Below are positions 9,800-21,207 of a DNA stretch of 64,000 nt, piece after piece. Made by a program: the position numbers and the translations under genes. This DNA is from an uncultured delta proteobacterium (lineage in GTDB: Bacteria; Myxococcota; UBA727; VGSZ01): contig CAVZJB010000002.1 of the NCBI GenBank assembly GCA_963775425.1, positions 32,001-96,000 of the forward strand, read 5' to 3'. Under the pieces are notes generated by a model. The model saw only the letters and a list, made by a program, of their open reading frames with translations. It did no database searches and had not been told where the DNA came from. Within the stretch, counting starts at the first letter, position 1; each line of letters opens with the position of its first letter.

Positions 9800-11419
9800 A
9801 TGGCAGACACGCTGGCGCTCCGCGCGCTGCTCGAGCGTTCCTCTTTGCGGCCGGGGACCCGCGGCGAGGTCCACCTCCTCGTCGACGTCACCGCCACCGG
9901 CGCGCCCGTCGACGCCGTGCGCCCCGCGCTCTCCGTCGTCTTCGTCCTCGACGCCTCCGGCTCCATGGGCGGCGAACCGCTCGCGCAGGTCGTCGCCTCC
10001 GTGAGCATGCTCGTCGACCTGCTCGCCCCCGAGGACAAGGTCGGCGTGGTGTCGTTCTCCACCCAGGCCGCCGAGGTCTGCGCGCTCCAGCCGCTCACCC
10101 CCGAGGCCAGGAGGGTCGTCAAGAAGCGCACCGCCTCCATCCGCGCCCTCGAGGCCACCAACATCGAGGCCGGCCTCAGGAAGGCGCGCGCCATGCTCGG
10201 CGCGCGTACCCCTCACGAGCGCCAGGTGATCCTCCTGCTCTCCGACGGCGCGCCCAACGCCGGCGCCGCCACCCCCGACGCCCTCGCCCGCGTCGCCGAG
10301 GAGATGCGCGCCGACGTCAGCGTCTCCACCCTCGGCTACGGCGCCGGCCACAACGCCGACGTCCTCCACGCCGTCGCCCACGCCGGCGGCGGCCAGTACT
10401 GGTTCGTCCCCGACCCCCAGGAGGCGAGCCTCGAGTTCGCGCGCGCCCTCGGCGCCCAGGGCGACATCGTCGCCGACAACATCGAGCTCGTGCTGTCGCC
10501 CGCCGACGCCTGCGAGGTCAAAGAGCTGCTCGGCCAGCGCGTGCGCTTCGGAAAGAGCGGGCCCGTCACGGCGCTCCCCGATCTGCGCGACGGCCAAAAG
10601 CGCCTCGTCGTCGCCGCGCTCGACGTCACCGCGCCGCGCGAGCCGGGGCCGCTCGACGTCGCCACGGCCACCGTGCGCTACCGCGCCGCCGGCAGCGCCG
10701 AAAAACACGAGGTGCAGGCGCGCGTGGTCGTGGACGTCGTGGACCGCGAGCCGTCGCTCGTCGTCGAGGCGCACCACGCGGCGTTGATGGCGCGCGCCGA
10801 GATGGTGCGCGCGCAGGCGCGCGGCGCCGCGGACCGGAACAACTTCGACCAGGCCGCGGCCATCCTGCGCAAGATGATCGGCGCGCTCGAGGGGGCGCCC
10901 GGCTACGTCGCCGCCGATGGCTCCCCGCTGTCGGAGTGCGTCGAGCAGCTCGTCGACGAGGCGGTCGAGTACGAGCAGCGCCCGAGCCTCGAGCGCTACC
11001 GGGCGTTCCGCGCCACGCAGCTCGGCGTGGAGGTGTCGCAGGGCTCGGTGCACGCGCAGGACTTCAAGGGTGCGTCGCCGCGCTCCGCGGCCATCATGGC
11101 GGCGGCCACGGGCCCGGCCTTGCCCGGCGCGCTCGTGGTGCGCGACAGCGCGGGCAACGTGATCGATCGCGTGCCCGTCGCCCACGAGCTCACCGTCGGG
11201 CGCGTGCCGGGCAACGACATCGTGCTCGCGTCGGGGGGCATCTCCAAGCGACACACGCGCTTCTGCTGCCGCGACGGCAAGCTGATCGTCGTCGACCTGA
11301 AGGCCACCAACGGCACCAGCGTGAACGGCCAGCGCATCCAGGCCCCGCGCGTCCTCAACAAGGGTGACATCGTCCAGCTCGGCGGCTTCACCATCGAGCG
11401 CGTCGACGAAGATCCCTGA
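9800..11419 (+). CDS. VWA domain protein with C-terminal FHA domain
   Basis: [13 protein letters not shown] motif and LLSDG; GR...NDIVL....ISKRH...DL.ATNGT.VNG FHA motif. Confidence 0.88.
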   Translation: MADTLALRALLERSSLRPGTRGEVHLLVDVTATGAPVDAVRPALSVVFVLDASGSMGGEPLAQVVASVSMLVDLLAPEDKVGVVSFSTQAAEVCALQPLTPEARRVVKKRTASIRALEATNIEAGLRKARAMLGARTPHERQVILLLSDGAPNAGAATPDALARVAEEMRADVSVSTLGYGAGHNADVLHAVAHAGGGQYWFVPDPQEASLEFARALGAQGDIVADNIELVLSPADACEVKELLGQRVRFGKSGPVTALPDLRDGQKRLVVAALDVTAPREPGPLDVATATVRYRAAGSAEKHEVQARVVVDVVDREPSLVVEAHHAALMARAEMVRAQARGAADRNNFDQAAAILRKMIGALEGAPGYVAADGSPLSECVEQLVDEAVEYEQRPSLERYRAFRATQLGVEVSQGSVHAQDFKGASPRSAAIMAAATGPALPGALVVRDSAGNVIDRVPVAHELTVGRVPGNDIVLASGGISKRHTRFCCRDGKLIVVDLKATNGTSVNGQRIQAPRVLNKGDIVQLGGFTIERVDEDP

Positions 11420-11425
11420 GCGGCC

Positions 11426-13162
11426 TCAGCGAGGGTCGGGCAGGTCGGCGCCGCGCGTGGCCACGAACTGCGCGGCCTGCGCCTGCGCCGGCGGCATCTC
11501 GAAGAGGTCGTGCGGGTCCTGATCGGCGGGGAAGCCGTAGTCGTCGCCATGAAGCGCGACGAGCGCGTCGAGGCCGCCGTCGTCGTGCGCGCTCTCGCGC
11601 TCGGGGACGCCGAGGGCGGCGGCGAGGTCGCGCGTGGAGCCGTTGGGCACGAGCTCGTCGTCGACGTCGAGCTGCATGAGCAGGTGCGGTCGCGCGTCCT
11701 TGCGCGCGTAGGCGATGGGGTCGGCGCCCTCGAGGAGCGGCTGGAGCATGGCGGTGACGAGCGGGTAGGCGTCGTCGTAGACGGGGTCGTCGAGGCCGAT
11801 GCCGAGGAGCGGCCGGATCAGGTACTGCAGGCTGCCGCGCAGGCCGGGCGAGCGAAACACGTCGCAGAGGCCGCCGCCGGGTGCGTTGACGGCGACGACG
11901 TCGGCGTCCTCGCTGACCATGGCGAAGGTGGCGCCGAGCACGGCGCCCATGGAGTGGCCGTAGTAGGCGAGGGAGCCGTCGAGGTCGTCGCCGGGGACGC
12001 CGTCGACGTCGATGTGGCCGCGCACGGCGAGGCTCGAGAGCACGAGCTGGTCGACGACGGTCTGGCGCAGGTTGTCGCGGATGGCGCGCGGGTCGTCGAG
12101 CGTGAAGAAGCCGGTGATGTTGCCGCGCTGGCCGTGGCTGACGGCGTCGATGCCGAGGACGGCGAGGCCGCGGGCGAGAAACGGCGCGGCGTTGTCGACG
12201 ACGAAGGCGTCGCTGCCTTGAAAGCCGTGCTGGAGGATGACCGCGGGCCAGGGCGGCGGGAACGCGGCGGGGTCGGGCTCGACGAGCACGAGCTCGATCT
12301 CGTCGTCGTGCGGCGGGACGGTGCCGTCGAGGACGGCGGGATCGAAGACGCCGGTGTCGGGGTCGCGCATGTCCCTGGACGTGAAGCGGCCGACGGCGAC
12401 GACGCCGGCGCCGGCGAGGCGGGCGGCGATCTCGTCCGGGTGCTGGGTGAGCGACAGCGGGGCGGTGGCGGGCGTGAAGACGCCGTGGCGTCCGTCGCCC
12501 TCGTCGTCGAAGCGGAACGCGGGGACGACGTCGCGGAGAAGATCGCGCGCGCGCACGAGGCCGTCGACGCTGCGCGCGGTGCGGTAGGGGACGACGAGGG
12601 CGACGTGGTCGCCGGCGACGCCGAGGGCGGCGGCCGCGGCGTCCACGTCGCCGTCGAAACCGGCGGGGCGCGGGACGCGCATGCCGCCGACGAGGGAGCG
12701 CAAGACCACGAGGGCGACGCGCGCGCCCTGCGGCAGCGGCGCCGTCGGCTGCACCTCGAGGACGCCGGGGTTTGCGTGCCACGTGGCGCGCGCGCGGACG
12801 GGGGCGCCGGCGCCGTCGAGGGCGATGAACGCGAGCGCGTGCTCGTCGAGCGTCATACCGTCGAGGGGCGCGTCGAAGCGGAGCAGCACGGGCGCGAAGA
12901 CGCCCCAGCCGCCGGCGTCGTGCAGCTGCGCCGACCAACCGACCAGGAGCGTGTCGGTGGCCGTGGTGTCGATGCCCTTGGGGAGGAAGCGGCGCAGCAC
13001 GTCGGGTGTGACGACGACGCCGCGCGCGTCCTGGCTGCGCTCGTCGGGGAGCGGGTTGTCCGCCGCCGCGTCCGGGGACCACAGCGGGGCGGGCGCGTCG
13101 GGCGCGCACGCGCCGGCCAGCGCGGCGAGGGCGACGACGACGGCGACGGCGAGCGCGCGCAT
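11426..13162 (-). CDS. Lipoprotein alpha/beta hydrolase (lipase/esterase-like)
   Basis: Lipobox LAGAC; QHGF, IDAVSHG, GHSMG nucleophile elbow, DELVPN and DPH motifs. Confidence 0.82.
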   Translation of the reverse strand: MRALAVAVVVALAALAGACAPDAPAPLWSPDAAADNPLPDERSQDARGVVVTPDVLRRFLPKGIDTTATDTLLVGWSAQLHDAGGWGVFAPVLLRFDAPLDGMTLDEHALAFIALDGAGAPVRARATWHANPGVLEVQPTAPLPQGARVALVVLRSLVGGMRVPRPAGFDGDVDAAAAALGVAGDHVALVVPYRTARSVDGLVRARDLLRDVVPAFRFDDEGDGRHGVFTPATAPLSLTQHPDEIAARLAGAGVVAVGRFTSRDMRDPDTGVFDPAVLDGTVPPHDDEIELVLVEPDPAAFPPPWPAVILQHGFQGSDAFVVDNAAPFLARGLAVLGIDAVSHGQRGNITGFFTLDDPRAIRDNLRQTVVDQLVLSSLAVRGHIDVDGVPGDDLDGSLAYYGHSMGAVLGATFAMVSEDADVVAVNAPGGGLCDVFRSPGLRGSLQYLIRPLLGIGLDDPVYDDAYPLVTAMLQPLLEGADPIAYARKDARPHLLMQLDVDDELVPNGSTRDLAAALGVPERESAHDDGGLDALVALHGDDYGFPADQDPHDLFEMPPAQAQAAQFVATRGADLPDPR

Positions 13163-13173
13163 GGGACCTCCTC

Positions 13174-13218
13174 GTTGATTCGAGAATCAACATCATTGAC
13201 TCCAGTGTCAACAATGAT
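13174..13218. promoter_or_regulatory. Tandem palindromic operators TTGAY-N6-RTCAA
   Basis: GTTGATTCGAGAATCAAC and TTGACTCCAGTGTCAA in an AT-rich patch upstream of the hydrolase RBS. Confidence 0.65.
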
Positions 13219-13324
13219 CCGCCGGCATCGGTCATCGGGGCGGGCGCGGGGTCAGGGCGCGCCACAGGGGAGGGGCACGCGGCGTCGTGGGTGCGCGGGG
13301 GGCGCGGGCGGTGTATGGCCGGGC

Positions 13325-14235
<911 letters not shown>

Positions 14236-14239
<4 letters not shown>

Positions 14240-16926
14240 GCGAGCGCGTGGTCCTCGTCGACGGCAGCGCGATGGTCTACCGCGCGTTCTTCGCGCTGCC
14301 GCCGCACCTTACCACCAAGGACGGCTTGCACACCAACGCGGTGTTCGGCTTCGCCACCATGTTCAAGAAGCTGTTCGCGGCCAAGCGGCCCGCGTACGGC
14401 GCCGTCGTCTTCGACCCGCCCGGCAAGACCACGCGCGACGAGAAGTACCCGCAGTACAAAGCCCAGCGCGCCCCGATGCCCGAGGAGCTCATCGAGCAGC
14501 TCGCGCTCATCGACAGGGTGGTCAAGGCCTACCACTTCCCGCACCTGCGCGTGCCCGGCCTCGAGGCCGACGACGTCATCGGCACGCTCACGCAGCAGGC
14601 GCTCGACGCGGGACACGAGGTGGTCATCGTGTCGTCGGACAAGGACTTCGCGCAGCTCATCTCCGACGATGACGGGGCGCGCGTGCGCATGCACGACACC
14701 ATCCGCGACGTCGTCTACGACGCCGAGCTCACCAAGAAGAAGTGGGGCGTGCGCCCCGATCAGATCGTCGACTACCTGGCGCTCATGGGCGACTCCTCCG
14801 ACAACATCCCCGGCGTCGCCGGCATCGGGCAGAAGGGCGCGCAGCAGCTCCTCGAGGAGCACGGCTCCCTCGACGCCATCTACGCCCGCTACGAGGCCGA
14901 CCCCGAGTCCTTCAAGGGCCGCGCGAAGAAGGCGCTCGCCGCCGGCAAGGACAGCGCGTACCTCTCGAAGGACCTCGCCACCATCGACACCCACGCCAAG
15001 CTGCCGGTCGGCCTCGTCGAGCTCGCCGTCCCCCCGCCCGACCCGGCCGAGCTCAACGAGCTGTTCAAGTCGCTCGAGTTCTACTCGCTGCTGTCGCGCG
15101 AGGAGACCGTCGCGCACAAGGCGGAGAGCGCCGTCGGCGGCGACCTCGTCGTGTGCATGACGCCCGACGAGGTGCGCGCGGCGCTCCCCGGCCTCGAAGG
15201 GACGACCGCGATCCTCCCGGTCGTCGACGGTCGCTACATCCACGGTCCGCTCGTCGGCCTCGCGCTCTCCGCGCGCCCCGGCGTCGCCGTCTACGTCCCC
15301 GTCGACGACGGCCGCCTCGCGGCGCTCTTGCCGCTGTTGCAGGACCCGAAGCACGCGAAGGTGGTTCACGACGCCAAGGCGCTGTGGGTGCTCCTGCGCC
15401 GCCGCGGCGTCGCCCTGCGCGGGGTGATCTTCGATACGCGCCTCGCGAGCTTCCTCGTCGACCCGAACAAGCTCATCGCGCGGCACCACCACCTCGACGT
15501 CGTCACCAAGGAGTACCTCCACCGCACTCTGCCCGCGCGCAAGGACCTCACCGGCGGCGGCAAGGCCGAAAAGACCCTCGCACAGGTGCAGAGCGACGAC
15601 GTCATGGTCACCGCGCGCTACGGCGCCGAGCTCGTGCACGCGGTGCTCGACCTGCACGCCCCGCTCTCGGACATCCTCAAGGACCGCGGGCAGGACGGGG
15701 TCCTGCAGGAGGTGGAGCTGCCGCTGTCGTGGGTGCTCGGGCAGATGGAGATCGACGGCATCGCCGTCGACGTCGACGAGCTCAAGAAGATCGGCGCCGA
15801 GCTGGCCGAGCGGCTCCTCGCCGCCGAGAAGAAGATCCACGCGCTCGCCGGCAAGGAGTTCAACATCGGCTCCCCCAAGCAGCTCGGCGAGATCTTGTTC
15901 GACGTCCTCAAGCTGCCCGTCATCAAGCGCACCAAGTCCGGCTACTCGACGGACGCCGAGGTGCTCGAGCGCTTGAAGAGCAAGCACGAGATCGCCGTGG
16001 AGATCCTCGAGTACCGGCGCATCGACAAGCTGATCAACACGTACACCGACGTCCTGCAGCGCGAGGTGAGCCCGCGGACGCACCGCATCCACACCACGTT
16101 CCAGCAGACGGTGGGCGTCACGGGCCGCCTCATCACCATGGACCCGGACCTGCAACGCACGCCGGTGAAGACGCAGGAGGGCCGCCGCATCCGCGAGGCG
16201 TTCGTGGCGCAGCCGTTGAAGGACGGGACCCGGACGAAGATCGTCGACGCCGACTGGAGCCAGATCGAGCTGCGGCTGCTGGCGCACTTCTCCGGCGACC
16301 CGCTGCTCGTCGACTCGTTCGCGCACGGCGCCGACGTTCACAGGCGGACGGCGTCGCAGATCTTCGGCAAGCCCGAGGAGCAGATCGACAAGCGCGAGCG
16401 CGAGGTGGGAAAGACGGTGAACTTCGCGACCATCTACGGGCAGGGGGCGCTGGCGCTGGCGCAGATGCTGGGCGTGCCCAAGCGGGAGGCGGACGCCTAC
16501 ATCGCAAGGTACTTCGAGGCGTACGCGGGTGTACGCACGTGGCTCGACGAGACCGTCGCCCTCGCCGACGAGCGCGGCTACGCGGTAACGCTGTTCGGGC
16601 GCAAGCGCATCATCCCGGAGCTGAGGAGCCGCTCGCCGATGGACCGCGGCTTCGGCGAGCGCGTCGCCGCGAACACGCCCATCCAGGGCTCGGCCGCCGA
16701 CATCTGCAAGCTGGCCATGCTCAAGATCGCCGCGCGGCTGCCGGAGGTGGCGCCGCGCTCGCGGATGATCCTCCAGGTGCACGACGAGCTCTTGTTCGAG
16801 TGCGCGGAGAACGAAGCGGACGACGTCGCCGCGCTCGCGCGCAAACAGATGGAGCACGTCGTCGACCTCAAGGTGCCGCTCACCGTCGACGTCGGCATCG
16901 GCAGGAGCTGGGGCGAGGCGCACTGA
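14236..16926 (+). CDS. polA: DNA polymerase I (family A, with 5'-3' exonuclease), divergent motifs
   Basis: LVDGS..YRAF, EADDVI, GDSSDNIPGV, DWSQIELR, KTVNF..IYG and QVHDEL motifs. Confidence 0.92.
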
Positions 16927-16927
16927 A

Positions 16928-17372
16928 AGGCTGACGAAAAACAGGGCTCGTAGCAGCACTCGGCGAAGCCGCCCACAAGGTGGCTCGCCGCGCGGAGTAC
17001 GTGGCGAGGCACGTCGGCGCGCAAGAACCGCTGCAGGTTGTGAGCGATGACGTCGTGACTCGGGCGCAGATCGCCGACGGTAAAACGGAAGGCGTCGTCG
17101 TTCGTCGTCAGCCGCGCGATCTCCCGGGCGCTCCCGATCCCTTGGCCTATCGCGTACAGCCACAGCGTCAGGAGCATCCGCGGGCTCGTCATCGGGCGCC
17201 CACCGCCAAACTGCACGGCCTTGGCGCTCGCTGTGAACCCGTCGAGGTCGAGCCCACCGAGCACACGGTCGATCAGGCGAGCCGGGTGCTCGGGGCCGAT
17301 GAGGTCGTCCACGAGGAGCGGAGAGCTCGGCGCCCCGGCGCTCAACTCGGCGCGCGTCTTTGTCGCCGAGCT
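16928..17372 (-). mobile_element. Internally deleted IS1182-family transposase remnant
   Basis: DDLIGPEHPAR..GRP...PRMLL.LWLYA...G..S.REIAR (DUF772-like) joined directly to the C-terminal AHNL.R; candidate end AGGCTGACGAAAAA at 16928-16941. Confidence 0.75.
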
Positions 17373-17447
17373 CGGAGCTCCTTTCTGCTCCGCCGTGTGG
17401 CCGTAGCACCGTTGCGCGCCGCCCGCGCGGACGGCAATCATCGCGCG

Positions 17448-17930
17448 ATGGCGACGGTGCACCTCATCTGCGGCCCCGTAGGCGCGGGCAAGACCACGCA
17501 CGCGCGCGCGCTCGCGGTGGAGCGGCGCGCGGCGCTGTTCTCCATCGACGAGTGGATGGCGACGCTCTTTCACATGGACGCGCCGTCGCCGCCGTCGCTC
17601 GACTGGGGCCTCGAGCGGGTCGCGCGTTGCGAGCGGCAGATCTGGAACACCGCGGCGCCGCTGCTCGCGCTCGGCATCGACGTCGTCCTCGACCTCGGCT
17701 TCCTCCGCCGCGAACAGCGCGATCGCTTCCGCGCGCTGACGTCGTCGCCGGTGCGCCTCGTCCTCGTCGACGCGCCTGCCGGGGTGCGACGGGAGCGCGT
17801 GCGCGAGCGCAACCGCGGCAGCGAGACGTTCAGCGTCGAGGTCAGCGACGCCATGTTCGAGTGGGCGGAGCGCTTCTACGAGCCCCCCGAGGACGACGAG
17901 CGCGCCGCGCGCGTGACGACGACGCGCTGA
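17448..17930 (+). CDS. P-loop AAA_33/kinase-like ATP-binding protein
   Basis: ICGPVGAGKTT, SIDEWM and VVLDLGF motifs. Confidence 0.88.
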   Translation: MATVHLICGPVGAGKTTHARALAVERRAALFSIDEWMATLFHMDAPSPPSLDWGLERVARCERQIWNTAAPLLALGIDVVLDLGFLRREQRDRFRALTSSPVRLVLVDAPAGVRRERVRERNRGSETFSVEVSDAMFEWAERFYEPPEDDERAARVTTTR

Positions 17931-18003
17931 GGCGAGGGGCGCCGCGCCTCACCCACCCGGGAGCACACGCGCGCGCCGCGGACGCGCGGTGTAGCATCGC
18001 GAC

Positions 18004-19188
18004 GTGGCCGAGGTTTACTGCAAGCGCTGTCTGCATCACGAAGAGCTCGGCCGCCCGCTGCGCCCCAACGAGCAATGCCCCTCCTGCGGGGCCGGCGTGT
18101 ATCGCAAGCGGCCGTCGACGCCGCGGCCGGCCACGCACTTCCCCAAAGTGCTCCGCGCCATCTTCTCGCTCCGCGGCATCTTCTTCCTCGGCTTCTTCAG
18201 CTTCCTCGGCATGTTCCCCATCGGCATCAGCGCGAGCGCCGCCATCATCATGCTGTTCCTCGGCTCGCTGAAGCTCGGCATCAAGACGATGACCATGACG
18301 TCGGGGCGGATTGAATTCCCCGAGGTGTCGGCCGAGGAGCTCTTCGACTACCACGCGCTCATCCCCGCCATCGTCTTCGTGATCTTCTTCGTCTGGGCGC
18401 CGCCGCTGCTCGCCGGGTACGCCGCGTCGGGCATCTTCTCGCTCACCGGGGACGACGACGACGGCCCGTCGCTCTTCAGCAAGGGCCACACCGCGGCCAC
18501 GGCCGTCGACGGCGCCAAGGGCGCAAAGGGTGAAGAGGGCGCGGCCGCTGACGGCATGCCCCAAAAGGACCTCACCGGCGGCATGGGCGACCTGATGGGC
18601 AAAAACGGCACCGTCAACCCCACCGTCGCCGCCGCCCTCGAGCAAGCCGGGCTCCCCGCCGACACCAAGCTCGACTCCGCGTCCCTCCAGAAGATGCTCG
18701 GCGGCGCGGGGGGCGTCGGCCTCGCCGCGCCCGCGGCGCCGGTTCCGCACCGTCGCGCGCACGGGCACATCGACGCGCCGCGCGCGGTCGCCGGCGCCGC
18801 CGCGCTCTTCCTGTTTTTGTGGGCGCCGATGGCGCTGGTGCTCTACCTGCGGACGTCGTCGACGCTGGCGATGTTCTTCCTGCCCGGCGGGCTGCGCACC
18901 GTCCAGCACGATCCGAGCGGCTACCTGGCGCTCTGCTTCTTCGTCCTGCCCGTGCTCGCCCTGCGGGTAGGCGCCGACGCGCTCACCACGGCGCTGCCGT
19001 TCTTCGTCTCGCCGCCCATCCTGTTCGTGAAGGGCGCCGTCGTGCTCTTTGCGTGGGCGCTGTGCGGCCTCTACGTGCGCCAGCACGCCCGCGCCTTCGA
19101 CCTCCCCGTCGACGACGACGACTGGGTGCCGCACGGCCGCCAGGAGCCCGCCGCCGCACCCGTGGTCAAGGGGACGCTCATCCCGTAA
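18004..19188 (+). CDS. Membrane protein with N-terminal zinc-ribbon-like motif
   Basis: CKRC...CPSCG followed by several TM segments around a soluble loop. Confidence 0.7.
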   Translation: MAEVYCKRCLHHEELGRPLRPNEQCPSCGAGVYRKRPSTPRPATHFPKVLRAIFSLRGIFFLGFFSFLGMFPIGISASAAIIMLFLGSLKLGIKTMTMTSGRIEFPEVSAEELFDYHALIPAIVFVIFFVWAPPLLAGYAASGIFSLTGDDDDGPSLFSKGHTAATAVDGAKGAKGEEGAAADGMPQKDLTGGMGDLMGKNGTVNPTVAAALEQAGLPADTKLDSASLQKMLGGAGGVGLAAPAAPVPHRRAHGHIDAPRAVAGAAALFLFLWAPMALVLYLRTSSTLAMFFLPGGLRTVQHDPSGYLALCFFVLPVLALRVGADALTTALPFFVSPPILFVKGAVVLFAWALCGLYVRQHARAFDLPVDDDDWVPHGRQEPAAAPVVKGTLIP

Positions 19189-19197
19189 AAGCCCGGC

Positions 19198-20085
19198 ATG
19201 CGTCTCGTGAGCTGGAACGTAAACGGCCTGCGCGCGGTGCACGGCCGCGGCGATCTCTCCTGGGCCTTCGACGGCGACGTCGACGTCTTGTGTCTGCAGG
19301 AGACCAAGATCCAACCCGACGCCGTCACCGACGAGATGCGCTCGCCGCCGGGCTGGCGCTCGTTGTGGAGCCACGGCAAGAAGAAGGGCTACTCCGGCAC
19401 CGCCGTCTACGTACGCGAGAAATTCCGCGCGGAGCCGCACCCCTTCCAGGTCGGCGGCGCCGCGCATCCGGAGCTCGACGGCGAGGGGCGCCTGGTGGCG
19501 CTCGACCTCGGCGCCTTCGTCCTGTTGAACCTCTACTTCCCCAACGGCGCCAGCAGCGATGAGCGGCTCGCGTTCAAGACCGCGTACCACGAGGCGTTCC
19601 TCGAGCGCGTCACCCGGCTCGCCGAGGAGCGCAGCGTGGTCGTGTGCGGCGACGTGAACATCGGCCACAAGGAGATCGACGTCGCGCGCCCCGAGAAGTG
19701 GGGCGCCGACAGCGGCTTCCTCCCGCAGGAGCGCGCGTGGATCGATCGCCTCCTCGCCGCGGGCTTCATCGACACCTTCCGCGCCGAGAAGGGGCCCATC
19801 CCGCGGCAGTACACCTTCTGGGAGACGCGGGTCGACGCGCGCAAGGACAACCTCGGCTGGCGCATCGACTACTTCTTCATCAGCAAGGACCTCGAGGAGA
19901 AGCAGCGCGACGCGTGGATCTGGCCGCAGATCATGGGCAGCGACCACTGCCCGGTGGGCGTGGAGCTCGACGTCGACGACGCCGCGCTGCGCGCCGACGC
20001 CGTCGAGGAGGAGCCGTCGTGGAGCGCCGCCGACGTCGTCGACGAGGAGGCCGAGGAGGACGAAGAGCCCGGATGGCGCCGGTGA
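19198..20085 (+). CDS. xth: Exodeoxyribonuclease III
   Basis: SWNVNGLRA, LQETK, GYSG, YFPNG, GWRIDY and GSDHCP motifs. Confidence 0.95.
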   Translation: MRLVSWNVNGLRAVHGRGDLSWAFDGDVDVLCLQETKIQPDAVTDEMRSPPGWRSLWSHGKKKGYSGTAVYVREKFRAEPHPFQVGGAAHPELDGEGRLVALDLGAFVLLNLYFPNGASSDERLAFKTAYHEAFLERVTRLAEERSVVVCGDVNIGHKEIDVARPEKWGADSGFLPQERAWIDRLLAAGFIDTFRAEKGPIPRQYTFWETRVDARKDNLGWRIDYFFISKDLEEKQRDAWIWPQIMGSDHCPVGVELDVDDAALRADAVEEEPSWSAADVVDEEAEEDEEPGWRR

Positions 20086-20561
20086 GCAAACGGGAGCGCG
20101 AGCGGCGCGCGGCCGCGGGCGCCCCGGTGGCCACGACGTCGTCGAGCGGCCCGTCCTCGAGCGGCCCGTCGTCGACCGGCCCCGCGCAGGCGCAGGACGC
20201 GTCGTCGCCGTTCGCCAAGCTCGCGGCGCTGCGCGACGCGCTCCCCGCGGGCGCCGCCGAGGACGCGCCCCGCCCCGCCGTCGACGCGCGGCGCGAAGGG
20301 GACGGGGAGGGCCCGCGGCGCTTCGGGGACAAGGTCGTCGTGCGCAAGGAGAGGAAGGGCCACGGAGGCAAGACCGTCACCGTCGTCGCCGGCGTGGCGC
20401 CCGCCTTCGTCGACGCGCTGTGCGCCGAGATGAAGAAGGCGCTCGGCTGCGGCGCCCGCGTCGACGACGGCGCGGTGGTGCTCCAGGGCGACCTCGTCGA
20501 CCGCGCCGCCGCGTTCTTGGAAGACAGCGGCGCCCGGCGGGTGGTCCGCGGGTCCCGTTGA
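20082..20561 (+). CDS. Translation initiation factor SUI1/YciH-like
   Basis: ERKGHGGKTVT, KKALGCG and LQGD motifs; GTGA overlap with the xth stop. Confidence 0.85.
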   Translation: MSKRERERRAAAGAPVATTSSSGPSSSGPSSTGPAQAQDASSPFAKLAALRDALPAGAAEDAPRPAVDARREGDGEGPRRFGDKVVVRKERKGHGGKTVTVVAGVAPAFVDALCAEMKKALGCGARVDDGAVVLQGDLVDRAAAFLEDSGARRVVRGSR

Positions 20562-20585
20562 CCGGCGCCACGCGCGCTCGCTCGA

Positions 20586-21062
20586 TCAGAGCCGGCGGAA
20601 GTCGATGGTGGCGGAGCCGTCGCGGTGGGTCTTCACGGCGGCGCGGAAGTCGTCGCCGTCGTTGACCTTGTCGGCGAGGGCGCGCGCGCAGGCGGCGGCG
20701 CTCATGCCCGCCGAGGTGTCGAGCGTGAAGATGCGGCTGTTCTTCTCGGTGAAGTTCTCTTTGCCGAAGACGTCGACGGTGGGCGCGCGGTCGATGTCGA
20801 GCGTGAAGCTCACGCCGCGCGCGACCTCGTACTTGATGTCGCCGTCGTGGTAGCGCACGAGCTCAGGGCCCTCGGTGGTGCCGCGCAGGGTGACGCTGTT
20901 CGGGCCCTTCGCGATCTGCAGGCCGGGGTCGCTGTTGCGCGGCTTGATCTCGATGGGCGTGCCCTCGGCGATGCGCGGCTGGCTCGGGTAGACGGCCCGC
21001 GGGCTCGACCACAAAGACAGGTAGGACCAGGGGTTGAACGGGTTGAAGGCGGGCGCCGGCAT
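20586..21062 (-). CDS. Hypothetical protein
   Basis: AAGGAG RBS; ATG at 21062; good codon bias. Confidence 0.7.
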   Translation of the reverse strand: MPAPAFNPFNPWSYLSLWSSPRAVYPSQPRIAEGTPIEIKPRNSDPGLQIAKGPNSVTLRGTTEGPELVRYHDGDIKYEVARGVSFTLDIDRAPTVDVFGKENFTEKNSRIFTLDTSAGMSAAACARALADKVNDGDDFRAAVKTHRDGSATIDFRRL

Positions 21063-21207
21063 ATGTGCTCCTTGGTGCGACATGGGCAGTTTCGGACCTA
21101 CATCACACGAGTTGCGTAGGACGGCGTTCGGATGCGGATCGCAGTCAGCGGCGACGGCATTGACGAATCGAACATTTGATTCAATCCATGGGCCCACAGG
21201 AGGCCGT

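Noticed and set aside
13175-13190. FNR box
   Set aside because: The spacer is 6 nt rather than the 4 nt of TTGAT-N4-ATCAA.
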